Positions 8,914 through 19,557 of a stretch of DNA of 64,000 nt are shown in pieces. Position 1 is the first letter of the stretch; every line of letters begins with the position of its first letter. Source of the DNA: Proteiniphilum sp. UBA5384 (GTDB taxonomy: Bacteria; Bacteroidota; Bacteroidia; Bacteroidales; Dysgonomonadaceae); the NCBI RefSeq assembly GCF_002410825.1, contig NZ_DHOS01000034.1, positions 90,088 through 154,087 of the forward strand. The letters run 5' to 3'. The position numbers were made by a program, and so were the translations under genes. The notes under the pieces are model-generated. The model was not told the DNA's origin. It searched no databases and saw only the letters and a list, made by a program, of their open reading frames with translations.

Positions 8914-10704
8914 TTAAATCGCTTTTGTCTTTCGTTTCAGCCAGGCTTTTTCCTCTTCGGTGAGATATTTTTTCAGCTTTTTAAATACCATTTTATGGTA
9001 GTTGTTGAGCCATTTAATCTCATCTTTAGTCAGGAGTTTTTTCTCTATTGGTTTGGTGTCGATGGGACAAAGCGTGATGGTTTCAAAATTATAGAAAGTG
9101 CCGAACTCTTTGGTTTTTTTATATTCTTGTGTGACAATCAGATTCTCAATACGGATTCCATATTGACCTGCACGGTATATTCCCGGCTCATCGGAAGTGA
9201 CCATTCCCGGTCTGAGTTGGGTTGGATTTTCTTCTGTACGGAAATTTTGAGGTCCTTCGTGGACGTTAAGGAAATGTCCGATGCCATGCCCGGTACCGTG
9301 ACCGTAGTTGAGTTCGTTATTCCACAGGAATTTTCTGGCAAGTATGTCGAGCTGCGAGCCTCGTGTCCCTTCGGGATAAATGGCGGTGGCAAGGGCGATA
9401 TGACCTTTCAACACCAATGTATAATCTTTTTTCATCTGTCGACTCAACTTCCCGACTGCTACCGTACGGGTAATATCGGTGGTGCCATCCTTAAACTGGG
9501 CGCCTGAGTCTATCAGCAGCAATCCCTCGGGATGTACTTGTTGGCTGGTCTGGGGCGTGGCGTGATAATGTACAACCGCACCGTTGCCAGTATATCCTGC
9601 AATGGTGGCGAAACTTTCACCCACAAAGAGATCTTGCTGGGAACGATATTCATACAGCTTTTCTTCTACTGTTATCTCTTCCACTTCTCCTGCGGGTACT
9701 GCTTTCTCTAACCACATAAAGAATTTTACAAGCGCTACCCCATCTTTGATCATGGCATTCCGGAATCCTTTCAATTCTGTTTCGTTTTTGATGCTTTTCA
9801 TCAGGTCTACCGGTGAGGGTATATCTATGATTGCACAAGAAGCGGGAATAGTCTGCAGCAATTTGTAATTAATTTTATTGCCGGTGATGCATACTGTACT
9901 GTTTGCCGGGACTCTGGAGATATATTCAAAGATATCATTGTAACCGGTAATCTTGATTCCCTGTTTTTTATATGAACCGGCTACTTCATCGGTCAGCTTG
10001 TCGGGGTCAATAAATAATACCGTTTCTTTTTCCGAGACGTAGGCATAGGCCAAAGCGACAGGATTATAATCTACATCGTTACCGCGGAGGTTAAAAGTCC
10101 ATGCTACCGCATCGAGAGTGACGATGATCAATCCATCCGCATTCGCTTTCTTCAATTCGGCATTGATACGGGCAATCTTACTTTTTACCGATTCACCGGA
10201 TACGTTCTCCGGTAATGTAAAGACTTTGTTTTTGGGGATTTCGGGACGATTGTCCCATATGACAGAAAATGGATCCAGCGAAGTCTCCAACCGAATTCCG
10301 TTTGTCTCGAGTTTGGCTTTTAGCGCTTTTGCATCAGCAGCAGCATATACCAACCCGTCGATTCCTACTGTTCCGCCTTTACCGGCCTGTGCAACAACCC
10401 AATCAATCATGTCGGGCGTGTCGGATTGTCCCATTTTAAATAACTCGAATCCGGTATCTTTCAATTGATCAGCCGCCTGCAGGAAATAACGCGAATCGGT
10501 CCATACGCCTGCTTCTTTTTTTGATACCACAGCGGTTCCGGCAGAACCGGTGAAGCCACTGATCCATTTCCTGGATTCCCAATGTTTGGGAGGGTATTCA
10601 CTTAAATGGGCATCGGTACTGGGAACAATGAACACATCCAGCTTTTTTTCTTCCATAAATTGTCTTATGGCTGAAAGTCTTTGAGGAATTTCGCTTGTTT
10701 TCAT
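8914..10704 (-). CDS. Aminopeptidase P family (M24B) protein; likely start 10704
   Basis: DSGAQF, GTTDITRT, GHGTGHGIG and DEPGIY motifs; N-terminal creatinase domains. Confidence 0.93.
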   Translation of the reverse strand: MKTSEIPQRLSAIRQFMEEKKLDVFIVPSTDAHLSEYPPKHWESRKWISGFTGSAGTAVVSKKEAGVWTDSRYFLQAADQLKDTGFELFKMGQSDTPDMIDWVVAQAGKGGTVGIDGLVYAAADAKALKAKLETNGIRLETSLDPFSVIWDNRPEIPKNKVFTLPENVSGESVKSKIARINAELKKANADGLIIVTLDAVAWTFNLRGNDVDYNPVALAYAYVSEKETVLFIDPDKLTDEVAGSYKKQGIKITGYNDIFEYISRVPANSTVCITGNKINYKLLQTIPASCAIIDIPSPVDLMKSIKNETELKGFRNAMIKDGVALVKFFMWLEKAVPAGEVEEITVEEKLYEYRSQQDLFVGESFATIAGYTGNGAVVHYHATPQTSQQVHPEGLLLIDSGAQFKDGTTDITRTVAVGKLSRQMKKDYTLVLKGHIALATAIYPEGTRGSQLDILARKFLWNNELNYGHGTGHGIGHFLNVHEGPQNFRTEENPTQLRPGMVTSDEPGIYRAGQYGIRIENLIVTQEYKKTKEFGTFYNFETITLCPIDTKPIEKKLLTKDEIKWLNNYHKMVFKKLKKYLTEEEKAWLKRKTKAI

Positions 10705-10744
10705 TATATTTGTATTTAGATCAACAAATATAGTGAAATGTTCT

Positions 10745-11098
10745 ATGAAAATCTCCATCGAATTAAAAAATATGCATTTTTTTGCTTACCATGGCGTATT
10801 GGAGCATGAAACAATTCAAGGAAATAATTTTTCTGTGACATTACGTTTTTCTGCCGATTTATCGGAGGCGTGTACCAGTGATGATGTGGTGGACACCGTC
10901 AACTATGCGGAAGTGTATGAACTGGTGAAAGAGGAGATGTCGATACCATCGAAGTTAATCGAAAATGCGGCATACCGTATTTTACGGAAAGTAAAAGAGG
11001 CGTTTCCGCAAATCAACCTGATTGAAGTGGCGTTGTCAAAAATGAATCCTCCTGTATCCGGACAGATGGAACAGTCTACAGTAATTATTTCAGAATGA
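10745..11098 (+). CDS. folB: Dihydroneopterin aldolase
   Basis: FFAYHGVLEHE, TVNYAEVY, LIE, SKMNPP. Confidence 0.93.
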   Translation: MKISIELKNMHFFAYHGVLEHETIQGNNFSVTLRFSADLSEACTSDDVVDTVNYAEVYELVKEEMSIPSKLIENAAYRILRKVKEAFPQINLIEVALSKMNPPVSGQMEQSTVIISE

Positions 11099-11166
11099 AA
11101 ATAGAAGCTGCTGTTAACTCACAACTTTTTATAAATTAGGATACGCCTCGAAAATGCTCAAACAGA

Positions 11167-11198
11167 TTTGGCAATTCTCACGGCTTTCACTATATTTG
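11167..11198 (+). promoter_or_regulatory. Bacteroidetes sigma-ABfr-type promoter for lptB-ruvX-def
   Basis: TTTG(11167)-N20-TATATTTG(11191), full consensus. Confidence 0.75.
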
Positions 11199-11216
11199 CG
11201 AAAATATTTCGAGTGA

Positions 11217-12050
11217 ATGGACGAAACGAAAGATGGCATGGCATCCGGCATTGAGATCGAAGGGGTTGATACGCTACCGCAGGATAGTGTGTCACAAGAG
11301 AAATCGCTGACGTTGCGTACCGAAAATCTGGTGAAGAGGTATGGCAAACGTACAGTTGTGAATCATGTCTCCATTGATGTGAAACAGGGAGAAATTGTGG
11401 GCTTGCTTGGTCCCAACGGTGCCGGGAAGACTACTACCTTTTATATGACGGTAGGCTTGATCGTACCAAACGAAGGAGAAATATTTATCGGTGAACGGAA
11501 CATTACCCGTTATCCGGTTTATAAACGTGCCCAGAACGGAATTGGTTACTTGGCCCAGGAAGCATCTATCTTCCGGAAGATGACGGTAGAAGATAATATC
11601 AAATCGGTATTGGAATTTACTGATAAGTCACCGAAAGAACAAAAGGAAAAACTGGAAAGCCTGATCAACGAGTTCGGGTTGGGAAAGGTTAGGAAGAATA
11701 CGGGTGATCGTCTTTCGGGTGGAGAACGCCGCCGTGCTGAAATTGCCCGCTGTCTGGCTATCGACCCGAAATTCATTATGCTCGATGAGCCGTTCGCGGG
11801 AATCGACCCGATTGCGGTGCAGGATATCCAGTCGATTGTGGCTCAGTTGAAATACCGGAATATCGGTATTCTTATTACCGACCATAATGTGGACGAAACA
11901 TTGAGTATCACCGACAGGGCATACCTGCTCTTCGAGGGAAAAGTGCTCTTCCAGGGAACCGCGGAGGAACTGGCGGATAATCCTGTGGTAAGGGAAAAAT
12001 ATCTGGGGCGCGATTTTGAATTGCGCAGACGTACATTCGATGTTCATTGA
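11217..12050 (+). CDS. lptB: LPS export ABC transporter ATP-binding protein
   Basis: GPNGAGKT, LSGGERRR, LDEPFAGIDP, LITDHNV. Confidence 0.95.
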   Translation: MDETKDGMASGIEIEGVDTLPQDSVSQEKSLTLRTENLVKRYGKRTVVNHVSIDVKQGEIVGLLGPNGAGKTTTFYMTVGLIVPNEGEIFIGERNITRYPVYKRAQNGIGYLAQEASIFRKMTVEDNIKSVLEFTDKSPKEQKEKLESLINEFGLGKVRKNTGDRLSGGERRRAEIARCLAIDPKFIMLDEPFAGIDPIAVQDIQSIVAQLKYRNIGILITDHNVDETLSITDRAYLLFEGKVLFQGTAEELADNPVVREKYLGRDFELRRRTFDVH

Positions 12051-12472
12051 AACTTATGGGGCGGCTTCTTTCTATCGATTATGGGAAAAAACGTACCGGA
12101 ATAGCCGTGAGCGATCCGCTGCAGATTATCGCCAATGGCCTTACGACAGTGGAAACATCCCGGATTTTTGATTTCTTGGATGAGTATCTCCAAAAAGAAG
12201 AGGTATCTTCTATTGTGGTAGGATTACCCAAACAGATGAACAATGAGCCTTCGGAGAACATGAAACGGATAGAGCCTTTCGTGAACCGATTGAAAAAATT
12301 ATACCCGCAAATTCCAGTGGAATATTGGGATGAGCGGTTTTCATCCAAAATGGCCCAGCAGACAATGAGGAATGCCGGACTGAAAAAAAAGGATCGTCAA
12401 AACAAAGAACTGGTTGACGAAATCAGTGCGGCCATTATCCTTCAGGGGTATATGGAGAGGAGATTGATGTGA
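12047..12472 (+). CDS. ruvX: Holliday junction resolvase-like / pre-16S rRNA nuclease YqgF
   Basis: SIDYGKKRTGIAVSD, DERFSS, DEISAAIILQ. Confidence 0.93.
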   Translation: MKLMGRLLSIDYGKKRTGIAVSDPLQIIANGLTTVETSRIFDFLDEYLQKEEVSSIVVGLPKQMNNEPSENMKRIEPFVNRLKKLYPQIPVEYWDERFSSKMAQQTMRNAGLKKKDRQNKELVDEISAAIILQGYMERRLM

Positions 12473-12487
12473 TGATTAGATGATTTA

Positions 12488-13054
12488 ATGATTATGATAT
12501 TACCCATATATATTTACGGACACCCGGTTTTAAGGAAAGTGGCACAGGATATTGATCCGGAGACCTATCCTAACTTGAAGGAGTTAATCGATAATATGTT
12601 CGAAACCATGTATAATGCCGACGGGATTGGACTTGCCGGTCCACAGGTGGGCTTGGAGGACCGTATCTTTGTGGTGGATCTCTCCCCGCTGGAGGATGAG
12701 GAACACCCTGAGTTCAAGGACTTCAAAAAAGCTTTTATCAATGCGCATATCATTGAACGGGGTGGGGAATTGGACGCTGTTGAAGAGGGATGCCTGAGTA
12801 TCCCCGGTATCCATGAGAAAGTGCCCAGGGAAGAGGAAATCCGTATCCAATATCTGGATGAGAACCTGCAACCGCACGATGAGGTGTTCTCCGGCTTTAG
12901 GGCGCGCGTCATCCAACACGAATACGACCATATAGACGGTATCCTGTTTGTCGATAAAATTTCACCACTCCGTAAGAGAATGGTGAAAGGTAAACTGGCT
13001 AATATGGAAAAAGGAAAAGTGGCCTGCGAGTATAGGATAAGGACGGTGAGATAG
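12488..13054 (+). CDS. def: Peptide deformylase
   Basis: [21 protein letters not shown]. Confidence 0.96.
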   Translation: MIMILPIYIYGHPVLRKVAQDIDPETYPNLKELIDNMFETMYNADGIGLAGPQVGLEDRIFVVDLSPLEDEEHPEFKDFKKAFINAHIIERGGELDAVEEGCLSIPGIHEKVPREEEIRIQYLDENLQPHDEVFSGFRARVIQHEYDHIDGILFVDKISPLRKRMVKGKLANMEKGKVACEYRIRTVR

Positions 13055-13249
13055 TTTTGGGGACGATTGCTTATGTTGATTTTTTATTTAATCAGAGAAA
13101 AATATTAATATTACGTCTGTTTTTGTATATGCTTGATACTTAGTTCTTTGTTTAGTGGTAATATTGCCTTTTATTTTTTGATTATACCTTTTACATCCTT
13201 TACTTTGCACTGTGAAAAGCCTATTGTTTTAAAATTAAATTTTAATTGT

Positions 13250-13651
13250 ATGAAAACAAAAACATTCTTTTTTGCATTGCTATTGATTGTAGCTACTAGT
13301 ACTTTAAGTGCTCAGAACATACAAGGTACATGGAAATCTCTGGATAGCTCGGGGCGTTCTACCCCTGAAGGTTATACCGTCCTAAAGCATATCACATCCA
13401 CTCATTTCATCTGGACGATGTTTGATAAAGAGGGGAATATCATCTCTGGCGCATCGGGAATCTATACACTCAAAGATGGTGTCTATACCGAAAAAATTTT
13501 ATATGCGTTGCCGGGAATGACAAGCTGGAAGGGGAAAAGTGCTACCTACGAAGTGAAGGTAGAGGGAAAGAAAATGTGGATTTCAGGATATCTTGAATTT
13601 GACCAAAACCGGAAAGTTCAGAATGAGGAGAATTGGGAAATAGTTGAATAG
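13250..13651 (+). CDS. Small secreted hypothetical protein (lipocalin-like beta-rich fold possible)
   Basis: Signal peptide MKTKTFFFALLL...AQ followed by IQGTWK; ATG at 13250. Confidence 0.7.
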   Translation: MKTKTFFFALLLIVATSTLSAQNIQGTWKSLDSSGRSTPEGYTVLKHITSTHFIWTMFDKEGNIISGASGIYTLKDGVYTEKILYALPGMTSWKGKSATYEVKVEGKKMWISGYLEFDQNRKVQNEENWEIVE

Positions 13652-13680
13652 TTTGATTTTGAAAAACAGACGATTTCAAT

Positions 13681-14655
13681 ATGAGAGTCCTGCATATTGT
13701 ATATTTTTTTTTAGCCTCTGCTCATCTTTGTTTAGGGAGTATGCATGATGATCATCCTCCCGGAACAAAATTGGTTACGGCCAAGAGTGACTTTCTTCAA
13801 GATTCTCTTTATCTGCGTAAAGGAAAAGACTGTATAGAGAGATTGGATTATGATTCAGCGCGTGTTTATTTGCTTCAAAGTGCTAATTCTACCGATATAC
13901 CGGTAAGGATCGAATCCTATTTATACCTGAATTTCATAGAGATCCGGCTTGAAAACTATGATATTGCTCTCAATTATTTGGAATTATACCATAAAAATGC
14001 TATGCTTCTTTTTCAGCGATCCATAGAAATTGAGGATTCAGTTCGTAATCAGAAAGATAATATTGATAATATATTTTCTTCGATAAGACGTCAAAATAAA
14101 GTCAGGCTTTTCTTTGTGATACTTTCAAGTCTCATTTTGCTGATTGTCATTGTTTTCCTGTTTTATATAAGTCAAAAGAGAGTCTCTGTTTATTCAACAA
14201 GAAAGAAAAAGGAATTGGAGAAATTAAATTCAACCATTCAAACAAAGAAGAAGTTACATAAATCGCTCGCCTATAATAGCTATCTTCTGCAGGCGGAGAT
14301 ATTTAAACAAATCCCTATTTACACGGAAATCAAAGAATTGGAGTGTCAGGATAGGAGTAAAAATGTAAGAGTGTTAACTTATGAGAAACAAGATCACCTG
14401 CAACGCGAACTTGATATTCATTTTGCAAATTTTCAAAGAGATTTGTGTACTATTCATGCCAAACTCACTCAAAATGACCTTAAATTATGTTGTCTTTCTC
14501 TCTTACCGTTGAATTCTTTTGCCAAAGCTTTGTGTTTTGGATCGACGGAAGTGAATGTTATCAAACAACGTAAATATTATATCAAGAAGAAAATGACTGA
14601 AGATTCTGACAATATTTTACTCTTTGACTTTATATTCTCGGCACGAAAAGAATAG
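13681..14655 (+). CDS. Membrane-anchored regulator-like protein (periplasmic TPR-like region, TM helix, degenerate LuxR-type HTH)
   Basis: Signal, helical repeats, a TM segment, and C-terminal LTQNDLKLCCL...KQRKYYIKKKM. Confidence 0.6.
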   Translation: MRVLHIVYFFLASAHLCLGSMHDDHPPGTKLVTAKSDFLQDSLYLRKGKDCIERLDYDSARVYLLQSANSTDIPVRIESYLYLNFIEIRLENYDIALNYLELYHKNAMLLFQRSIEIEDSVRNQKDNIDNIFSSIRRQNKVRLFFVILSSLILLIVIVFLFYISQKRVSVYSTRKKKELEKLNSTIQTKKKLHKSLAYNSYLLQAEIFKQIPIYTEIKELECQDRSKNVRVLTYEKQDHLQRELDIHFANFQRDLCTIHAKLTQNDLKLCCLSLLPLNSFAKALCFGSTEVNVIKQRKYYIKKKMTEDSDNILLFDFIFSARKE

Positions 14656-14700
14656 GGATGGCATTGATATGGTTGTCTTTAAATTGAATTCTGAGCAGCT

Positions 14701-15441
14701 TTATTCTCCGGTATAATAATTGTAATCCTCGATTACTTTTGCGATGAAATTTCTCCTTGTGGAAAATTGGTTTTTACTACGGATCACCTCTTCTATTTTA
14801 ATGGTGAGTTTATCCATCAATGCTTCATCCCTGCTCTGAATAGCGATGACGGCATTTTCTTTGATGATGCGCATGTCGTTATCGTTAAATCGTAACATCT
14901 GTGCCCGGGTGAAATGGGGTTGATAGTCCCCATTTATTTCTGCTAAAATGGTGTGGGTCAAATTATATTTCGATTTCTCGGAGACCACAGCCGTGCCTGC
15001 CGCCAAGTCGCCTAAACGCTGCGTGTGCTTGCTGAGCAGCATCGACCCCGCACCCGCTATAAATCCTAAATCAATATCGACGAGCCTGAATATCCACCGT
15101 GTAAAATAGTCAGTAAAGGATGCCTGGTAACCGTCTATCTTCACTACACGAGTTTTGACCAGCATCTTTCCCAAGGTTCGTCCTTCCATCAAGCTTTCAC
15201 TGATCAGCGAGTAAAATGCTACGGGAGAATAGATTACCAAAATGACTGCATTCCGGTTCCACATTTCCATATTGATAATTACATCCAAGGCACCCAGGTA
15301 TTTCAAGAGATAATACAGGCTGATGGCGTAGGACACTTTTATGATCATGTCGATGAGATAGCCCAGCATCCGTTCGCCTATTGATGCGGTATTGAAAAAA
15401 AGTGGTACATTTTGTGTGGTTGTTATGTATAACTTTGACAT
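14701..15441 (-). CDS. RDD family membrane protein
   Basis: ASIGERMLGYLID, GRTLGK, RWIFRLVD, QRLGDLAAGT. Confidence 0.9.
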   Translation of the reverse strand: MSKLYITTTQNVPLFFNTASIGERMLGYLIDMIIKVSYAISLYYLLKYLGALDVIINMEMWNRNAVILVIYSPVAFYSLISESLMEGRTLGKMLVKTRVVKIDGYQASFTDYFTRWIFRLVDIDLGFIAGAGSMLLSKHTQRLGDLAAGTAVVSEKSKYNLTHTILAEINGDYQPHFTRAQMLRFNDNDMRIIKENAVIAIQSRDEALMDKLTIKIEEVIRSKNQFSTRRNFIAKVIEDYNYYTGE

Positions 15442-15464
15442 TTTATACTAATTTAGCGAGCGAT

Positions 15465-16463
15465 ATGAAAGAAGTCGCCTTTATCAGACAAAATAAAAGC
15501 AAGTGGCTGGAGTTTGAGCAGTCGTTGGCCTCCAATCAGTCCCGTAACCCGGACGAGATGGCGAACCTCTATATCCACCTGCTGAATGATCTCTCTTTTG
15601 CGCAGACTTATTACCCAAAAAGCAAGACAACGGACTATCTCAATTTTCTGGTCACGCAAATATACCGCAAAATTTACAAAACAAAGCGTTTAGAAAAGAA
15701 CAGATTCCGGAAATTTTTCACAACCGATGTGCCGCTGTTGATGTACAAGCATCGAAAAACGATGTGGTTCGCCTTTGTGATGTTTTTGTTTTTTGTTGTT
15801 TTAGGAGCGGTCTCAGCGAAATATGACGATACGTTTGTGCGCTTGATCCTAGGCGACGGTTACGTGAACATGACGTTGGAAAATATTGAGAAAGGCGACC
15901 CGATGGCGGTATATAAATCGGGCGGACGTATGGGGTCTTTTATAGGGATCACGGTAAATAACGTGAATGTGGCATTGCGGGCTTTTATTTTTGGCATACT
16001 CGCCGGAATTCCCACTTTTTATATTGCCATGACAAACGGTATCATGGTCGGTTCGTTTCAATACTTCTTCTATGAACAGGGTGTTTTTGCTGAGAGCCTA
16101 CAGGGCATTTGGCTGCACGGGGCAATGGAGATTTTCAGCATCATCGTGGCTACTGCCTCCGGATTTATTCTGGCGGCGTCGGTACTTTTTCCCGGCACTT
16201 ATTCCCGTTTCAACTCCTTCAGGATGGGATTCAGGGAAAGCCTTTATATCATATTGAGTACCCTCCCGTTCTTCGTTGCCGCAGGATTTATTGAGGGGTT
16301 TGTGACCAGACTTTCCAATACAATGCCCCTTTCATTGAATCTGATCATTATCTTGGGCTCTTTCGCTTTTATTTTCTTCTATTATATGGTTTATCCGTTT
16401 ATCCTTTCCCGAAAAATGGGGAAAAGAAGAGAATTGTCCCACTATATACAATCAATCATCTAA
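15465..16463 (+). CDS. Stage II sporulation protein M (SpoIIM/DUF95) family membrane protein
   Basis: NNVNVAL, LHGAMEI and AGFIEGFVT motifs; ATG at 15465. Confidence 0.88.
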   Translation: MKEVAFIRQNKSKWLEFEQSLASNQSRNPDEMANLYIHLLNDLSFAQTYYPKSKTTDYLNFLVTQIYRKIYKTKRLEKNRFRKFFTTDVPLLMYKHRKTMWFAFVMFLFFVVLGAVSAKYDDTFVRLILGDGYVNMTLENIEKGDPMAVYKSGGRMGSFIGITVNNVNVALRAFIFGILAGIPTFYIAMTNGIMVGSFQYFFYEQGVFAESLQGIWLHGAMEIFSIIVATASGFILAASVLFPGTYSRFNSFRMGFRESLYIILSTLPFFVAAGFIEGFVTRLSNTMPLSLNLIIILGSFAFIFFYYMVYPFILSRKMGKRRELSHYIQSII

Positions 16464-16473
16464 TTTATATCGC

Positions 16474-17403
16474 ATGTTTCAGTTGTATAAACAAAGAGAT
16501 TTTAGCGCGTATATCAGCGATACTATCGCCTTTTTCAAAATCTACTGGAAAAATTTTTTCGGAAATTATATTGTCATCACCGGCGGTATCCTTGCACTGC
16601 TCAGTCTGTTTTATTTCTTTCTCTTCCGCGATCTTTTTACCGCTTTGTTCAATACGTCCAATCGCGGCATCGGTTATGATATAGGTTATTATTTCACAGA
16701 TAACCCTTTGCTGTTTATGTCCCTACTGGTTGTGGCGATAGTGCTGACTATCTTCTTTTCCATTCTTTCCACAGCCTATCCTGTTGTTTATCTGAAGATG
16801 ACTGAGGAGACGGATAGGGCCGATTTTTCCGCCTCTGAAATTTTTGAGCGAATAAAAAAATTCTTCCCTAAAATCATTCGTTTCGCCTTGTTTTCACTTA
16901 TTACGTTCTTGCCGCTCATTACCGTGGCGACTGTCCTGGCGAGCGTGCTGGTTATATTGGTGGTGGGTGTTTTTGTTCTGATTTTGCTCATGCCGGCTGT
17001 CTCAGTCTGGATTATGCAGACGTTCTATGCCTATCTGCTCAACGATATATCTTTTACCGATGCGATGCGGCAGGGCTGGAAAATCCTCTTCTCAAAGAAA
17101 TTCTGGCATATCATCGGGTCGGCAGCGGTTATTTATATCTTATTGAACATTGCCCAGAGCGTCGTCACCCTGATTCCTTATATGATCATCTTCTTTTCGG
17201 TATTGTCATCCGGAAATGGAGCGTTGAGCGCAAGTTTAGGTGTGTATATGTCGGTTTTGTATATTGTCGCACTTATATTGTCGTATATCATGTCGAATAT
17301 CCTGATGGTAAACCAGGGGATGGTATATTACAGCACGCTGGAACAGGTGAACCATACACAGGCATTATCGGAAATTGATTTAATAGGACAGAATGTGGAA
17401 TAA
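16474..17403 (+). CDS. Integral membrane protein of the SpoIIM-MoxR cluster
   Basis: Multiple TM helices; conserved-looking start FQLYKQRDFS; operonic spacing. Confidence 0.75.
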   Translation: MFQLYKQRDFSAYISDTIAFFKIYWKNFFGNYIVITGGILALLSLFYFFLFRDLFTALFNTSNRGIGYDIGYYFTDNPLLFMSLLVVAIVLTIFFSILSTAYPVVYLKMTEETDRADFSASEIFERIKKFFPKIIRFALFSLITFLPLITVATVLASVLVILVVGVFVLILLMPAVSVWIMQTFYAYLLNDISFTDAMRQGWKILFSKKFWHIIGSAAVIYILLNIAQSVVTLIPYMIIFFSVLSSGNGALSASLGVYMSVLYIVALILSYIMSNILMVNQGMVYYSTLEQVNHTQALSEIDLIGQNVE

Positions 17404-18250
17404 ACGAGTGATTATCCTTTTTGTTATCGGGATTACCTCCTGTCTTGGAGCTTTTCCGCAGGATAGCGTTGTGTCTGTTCCCCATGCCCCCGACGAGATA
17501 ATCGACGATACATTGCACGTTGTTCCGGATGCCAAAACCGTTTATCCGAATAACTTGTCGCAACTTCAGCGTGACAGCATTATCGATGTGATCCCTAAAG
17601 ATAGTTCGTCTATCACCTCTTTGCGGCATTTCGACGGAGATCTTGTCGGGAAATATGCGTCGGACAAGGAGCTGAATTACGAAAGGAATGTCAACAAGAG
17701 TCTCTTGCAACGACTGAAAGAGATGATCGGGTCATGGCTCGACAGGTTGCTTGGAAAGCCGGATTCCTCAAGAATTAATAATCTGTCTGATATCATTTTG
17801 GATATACTGCTGGTGCTGGTTTTTCTGGTGGCGGTCTATATTCTTGTGCGGCTGTTTATGAATCACCGTGGGCGTTGGTTTTTTGAAAAGAAAAACGAAT
17901 CTGTGGCTGTCAACCTCTCGAATGTAGAACAGCATATCCACGAAGCTGATTTCAGTGCGCTTCTCAAAGAAGCGGAACAGATCGGAGATGCGCGTCAGTC
18001 GGTCCGTCTGCTCTACTTATGGCTGTTGAAGACATTGGCAGACGACAATGTGATCGTGTGGAATCCCGACAAGACAAACGTCGATTATCTTGTCGAAATA
18101 AAGGATAAGGCATTGCAGGACGAATTCAGGTATCTCTCCTACCTCTACAATTACATCTGGTATGGTGAGTTTTCGCTGAACGATTCGGAATATAGGAGCA
18201 CCCGTGAAACGTTTCTCCGTCACATAAAAATAAATCCGGACAATGAGTAG
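17393..18250 (+). CDS. DUF4129 domain protein
   Basis: C-terminal VRLLYLWLL...WNPDKTNVDYL...YNYIWYGEF. Confidence 0.8.
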   Translation: MWNKRVIILFVIGITSCLGAFPQDSVVSVPHAPDEIIDDTLHVVPDAKTVYPNNLSQLQRDSIIDVIPKDSSSITSLRHFDGDLVGKYASDKELNYERNVNKSLLQRLKEMIGSWLDRLLGKPDSSRINNLSDIILDILLVLVFLVAVYILVRLFMNHRGRWFFEKKNESVAVNLSNVEQHIHEADFSALLKEAEQIGDARQSVRLLYLWLLKTLADDNVIVWNPDKTNVDYLVEIKDKALQDEFRYLSYLYNYIWYGEFSLNDSEYRSTRETFLRHIKINPDNE

Positions 18251-19469
18251 GGCATTAAAAATATATCTGATCCTGTTTGCAGTCCTTATTGCCGTAATGA
18301 TTGCGATAGACCTGTCGCGGGAAAAACCGCTGGACTGGTCCCCGACTTATTACTTGGACGGAAAGAAGCCGCTGGATTTATATGTGATGGACCGTGAGAT
18401 CGACCATCTGTTCAATGGCAGCGTCGTCCGCTACGATAAAAATCCGTTTGAATATTTTCAGCCACAGGATAGCCTGGACGTGAAAAAGGAAACCTATCTA
18501 TTCATCCGGGAATATGCATATATAGACGATGCGTTGGTAAACAAAATGCTCCATGCCGTAAGGCAAGGCAGTACCCTTTTTATTGCGTCCGACGGATTCA
18601 CGCCCTATCTGACCGACACGCTGCGTACCTCTTGTGAATATGCCTCTCTCCAGAACTCGGTTGGTTTCACCGCTAAGCCCGGAGAGAGAGACTCTTTGCG
18701 TCTCTCCTTTTCGAAAGAAGAATGGAGTGGGGAGGAGTATTCCTATTCTCCAGTCTTCGGGCAGTATGTGTTTTTGGAGGCCGACACAGCTTCGGCAACG
18801 GCGTTGGGATATATGGAATTTCAGGATGAGACGAAGTACATCAATTTTATGGAGTTCAGCTTTGGAGAAGGTAAAATCATTTTGCATAACCAACCGGTTA
18901 TTTTCTCCAACTTTTCGTTGCTTTCGAATGAAGCATTACAGGAGTACGCAGAAAGAGTGCTGAGCTATTTGCCGGACCAGCCGGTTGTCTGGTTCGTACA
19001 GTCGCAGCAGCATAGCTCAAACAGCGGAAATACCCCACTGAACGTTGTATTTGAATATCCGGCATTGAGGATGACTTGGCTGGTCTTCCTTTATGGACTG
19101 ATCGTGTTCATGGTTTTTACAGCCAAACGCAAACAACGGGTAGTTCCCATCATCAAACCACTGCAGAACACCACCGTAGAATTTGCACAGACCATTGGCA
19201 ATCTCTATTTTCAGGAAGGCGATATTTCTGATATTACACAGGAGAAGATTATTTATTTTATGGATAGGGTACGCAGAACCTACCATATAGATACGCAGTT
19301 GGAAGGGGAGGAACTGGCCAATCGGGTTTGTCTGAAATCGGGAAAAGATCCCGGACTGGTCAAAGAAATTTTCTTTTTGATCAAGCAGATAAGACGGCGG
19401 GGTGAATGTGACAAAGAGCAACTGGTACAATTGAGTACGCTAATAGATCAGTTTTGGAACGAGGACTAA
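18243..19469 (+). CDS. DUF4350 domain protein
   Basis: N-terminal TM anchor, DWSPTY...PL, C-terminal TM plus KRKQRVVPII...NTTVEF. Confidence 0.78.
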   Translation: MSRALKIYLILFAVLIAVMIAIDLSREKPLDWSPTYYLDGKKPLDLYVMDREIDHLFNGSVVRYDKNPFEYFQPQDSLDVKKETYLFIREYAYIDDALVNKMLHAVRQGSTLFIASDGFTPYLTDTLRTSCEYASLQNSVGFTAKPGERDSLRLSFSKEEWSGEEYSYSPVFGQYVFLEADTASATALGYMEFQDETKYINFMEFSFGEGKIILHNQPVIFSNFSLLSNEALQEYAERVLSYLPDQPVVWFVQSQQHSSNSGNTPLNVVFEYPALRMTWLVFLYGLIVFMVFTAKRKQRVVPIIKPLQNTTVEFAQTIGNLYFQEGDISDITQEKIIYFMDRVRRTYHIDTQLEGEELANRVCLKSGKDPGLVKEIFFLIKQIRRRGECDKEQLVQLSTLIDQFWNED

Positions 19470-19557
19470 TGGGACTAATGTGCCAATGTGATCAATCACT
19501 TCACCCCTTAGGCAGCTTTCATTCTCAATTAAATAAGTCTTTAAAAATGAATAAAAT

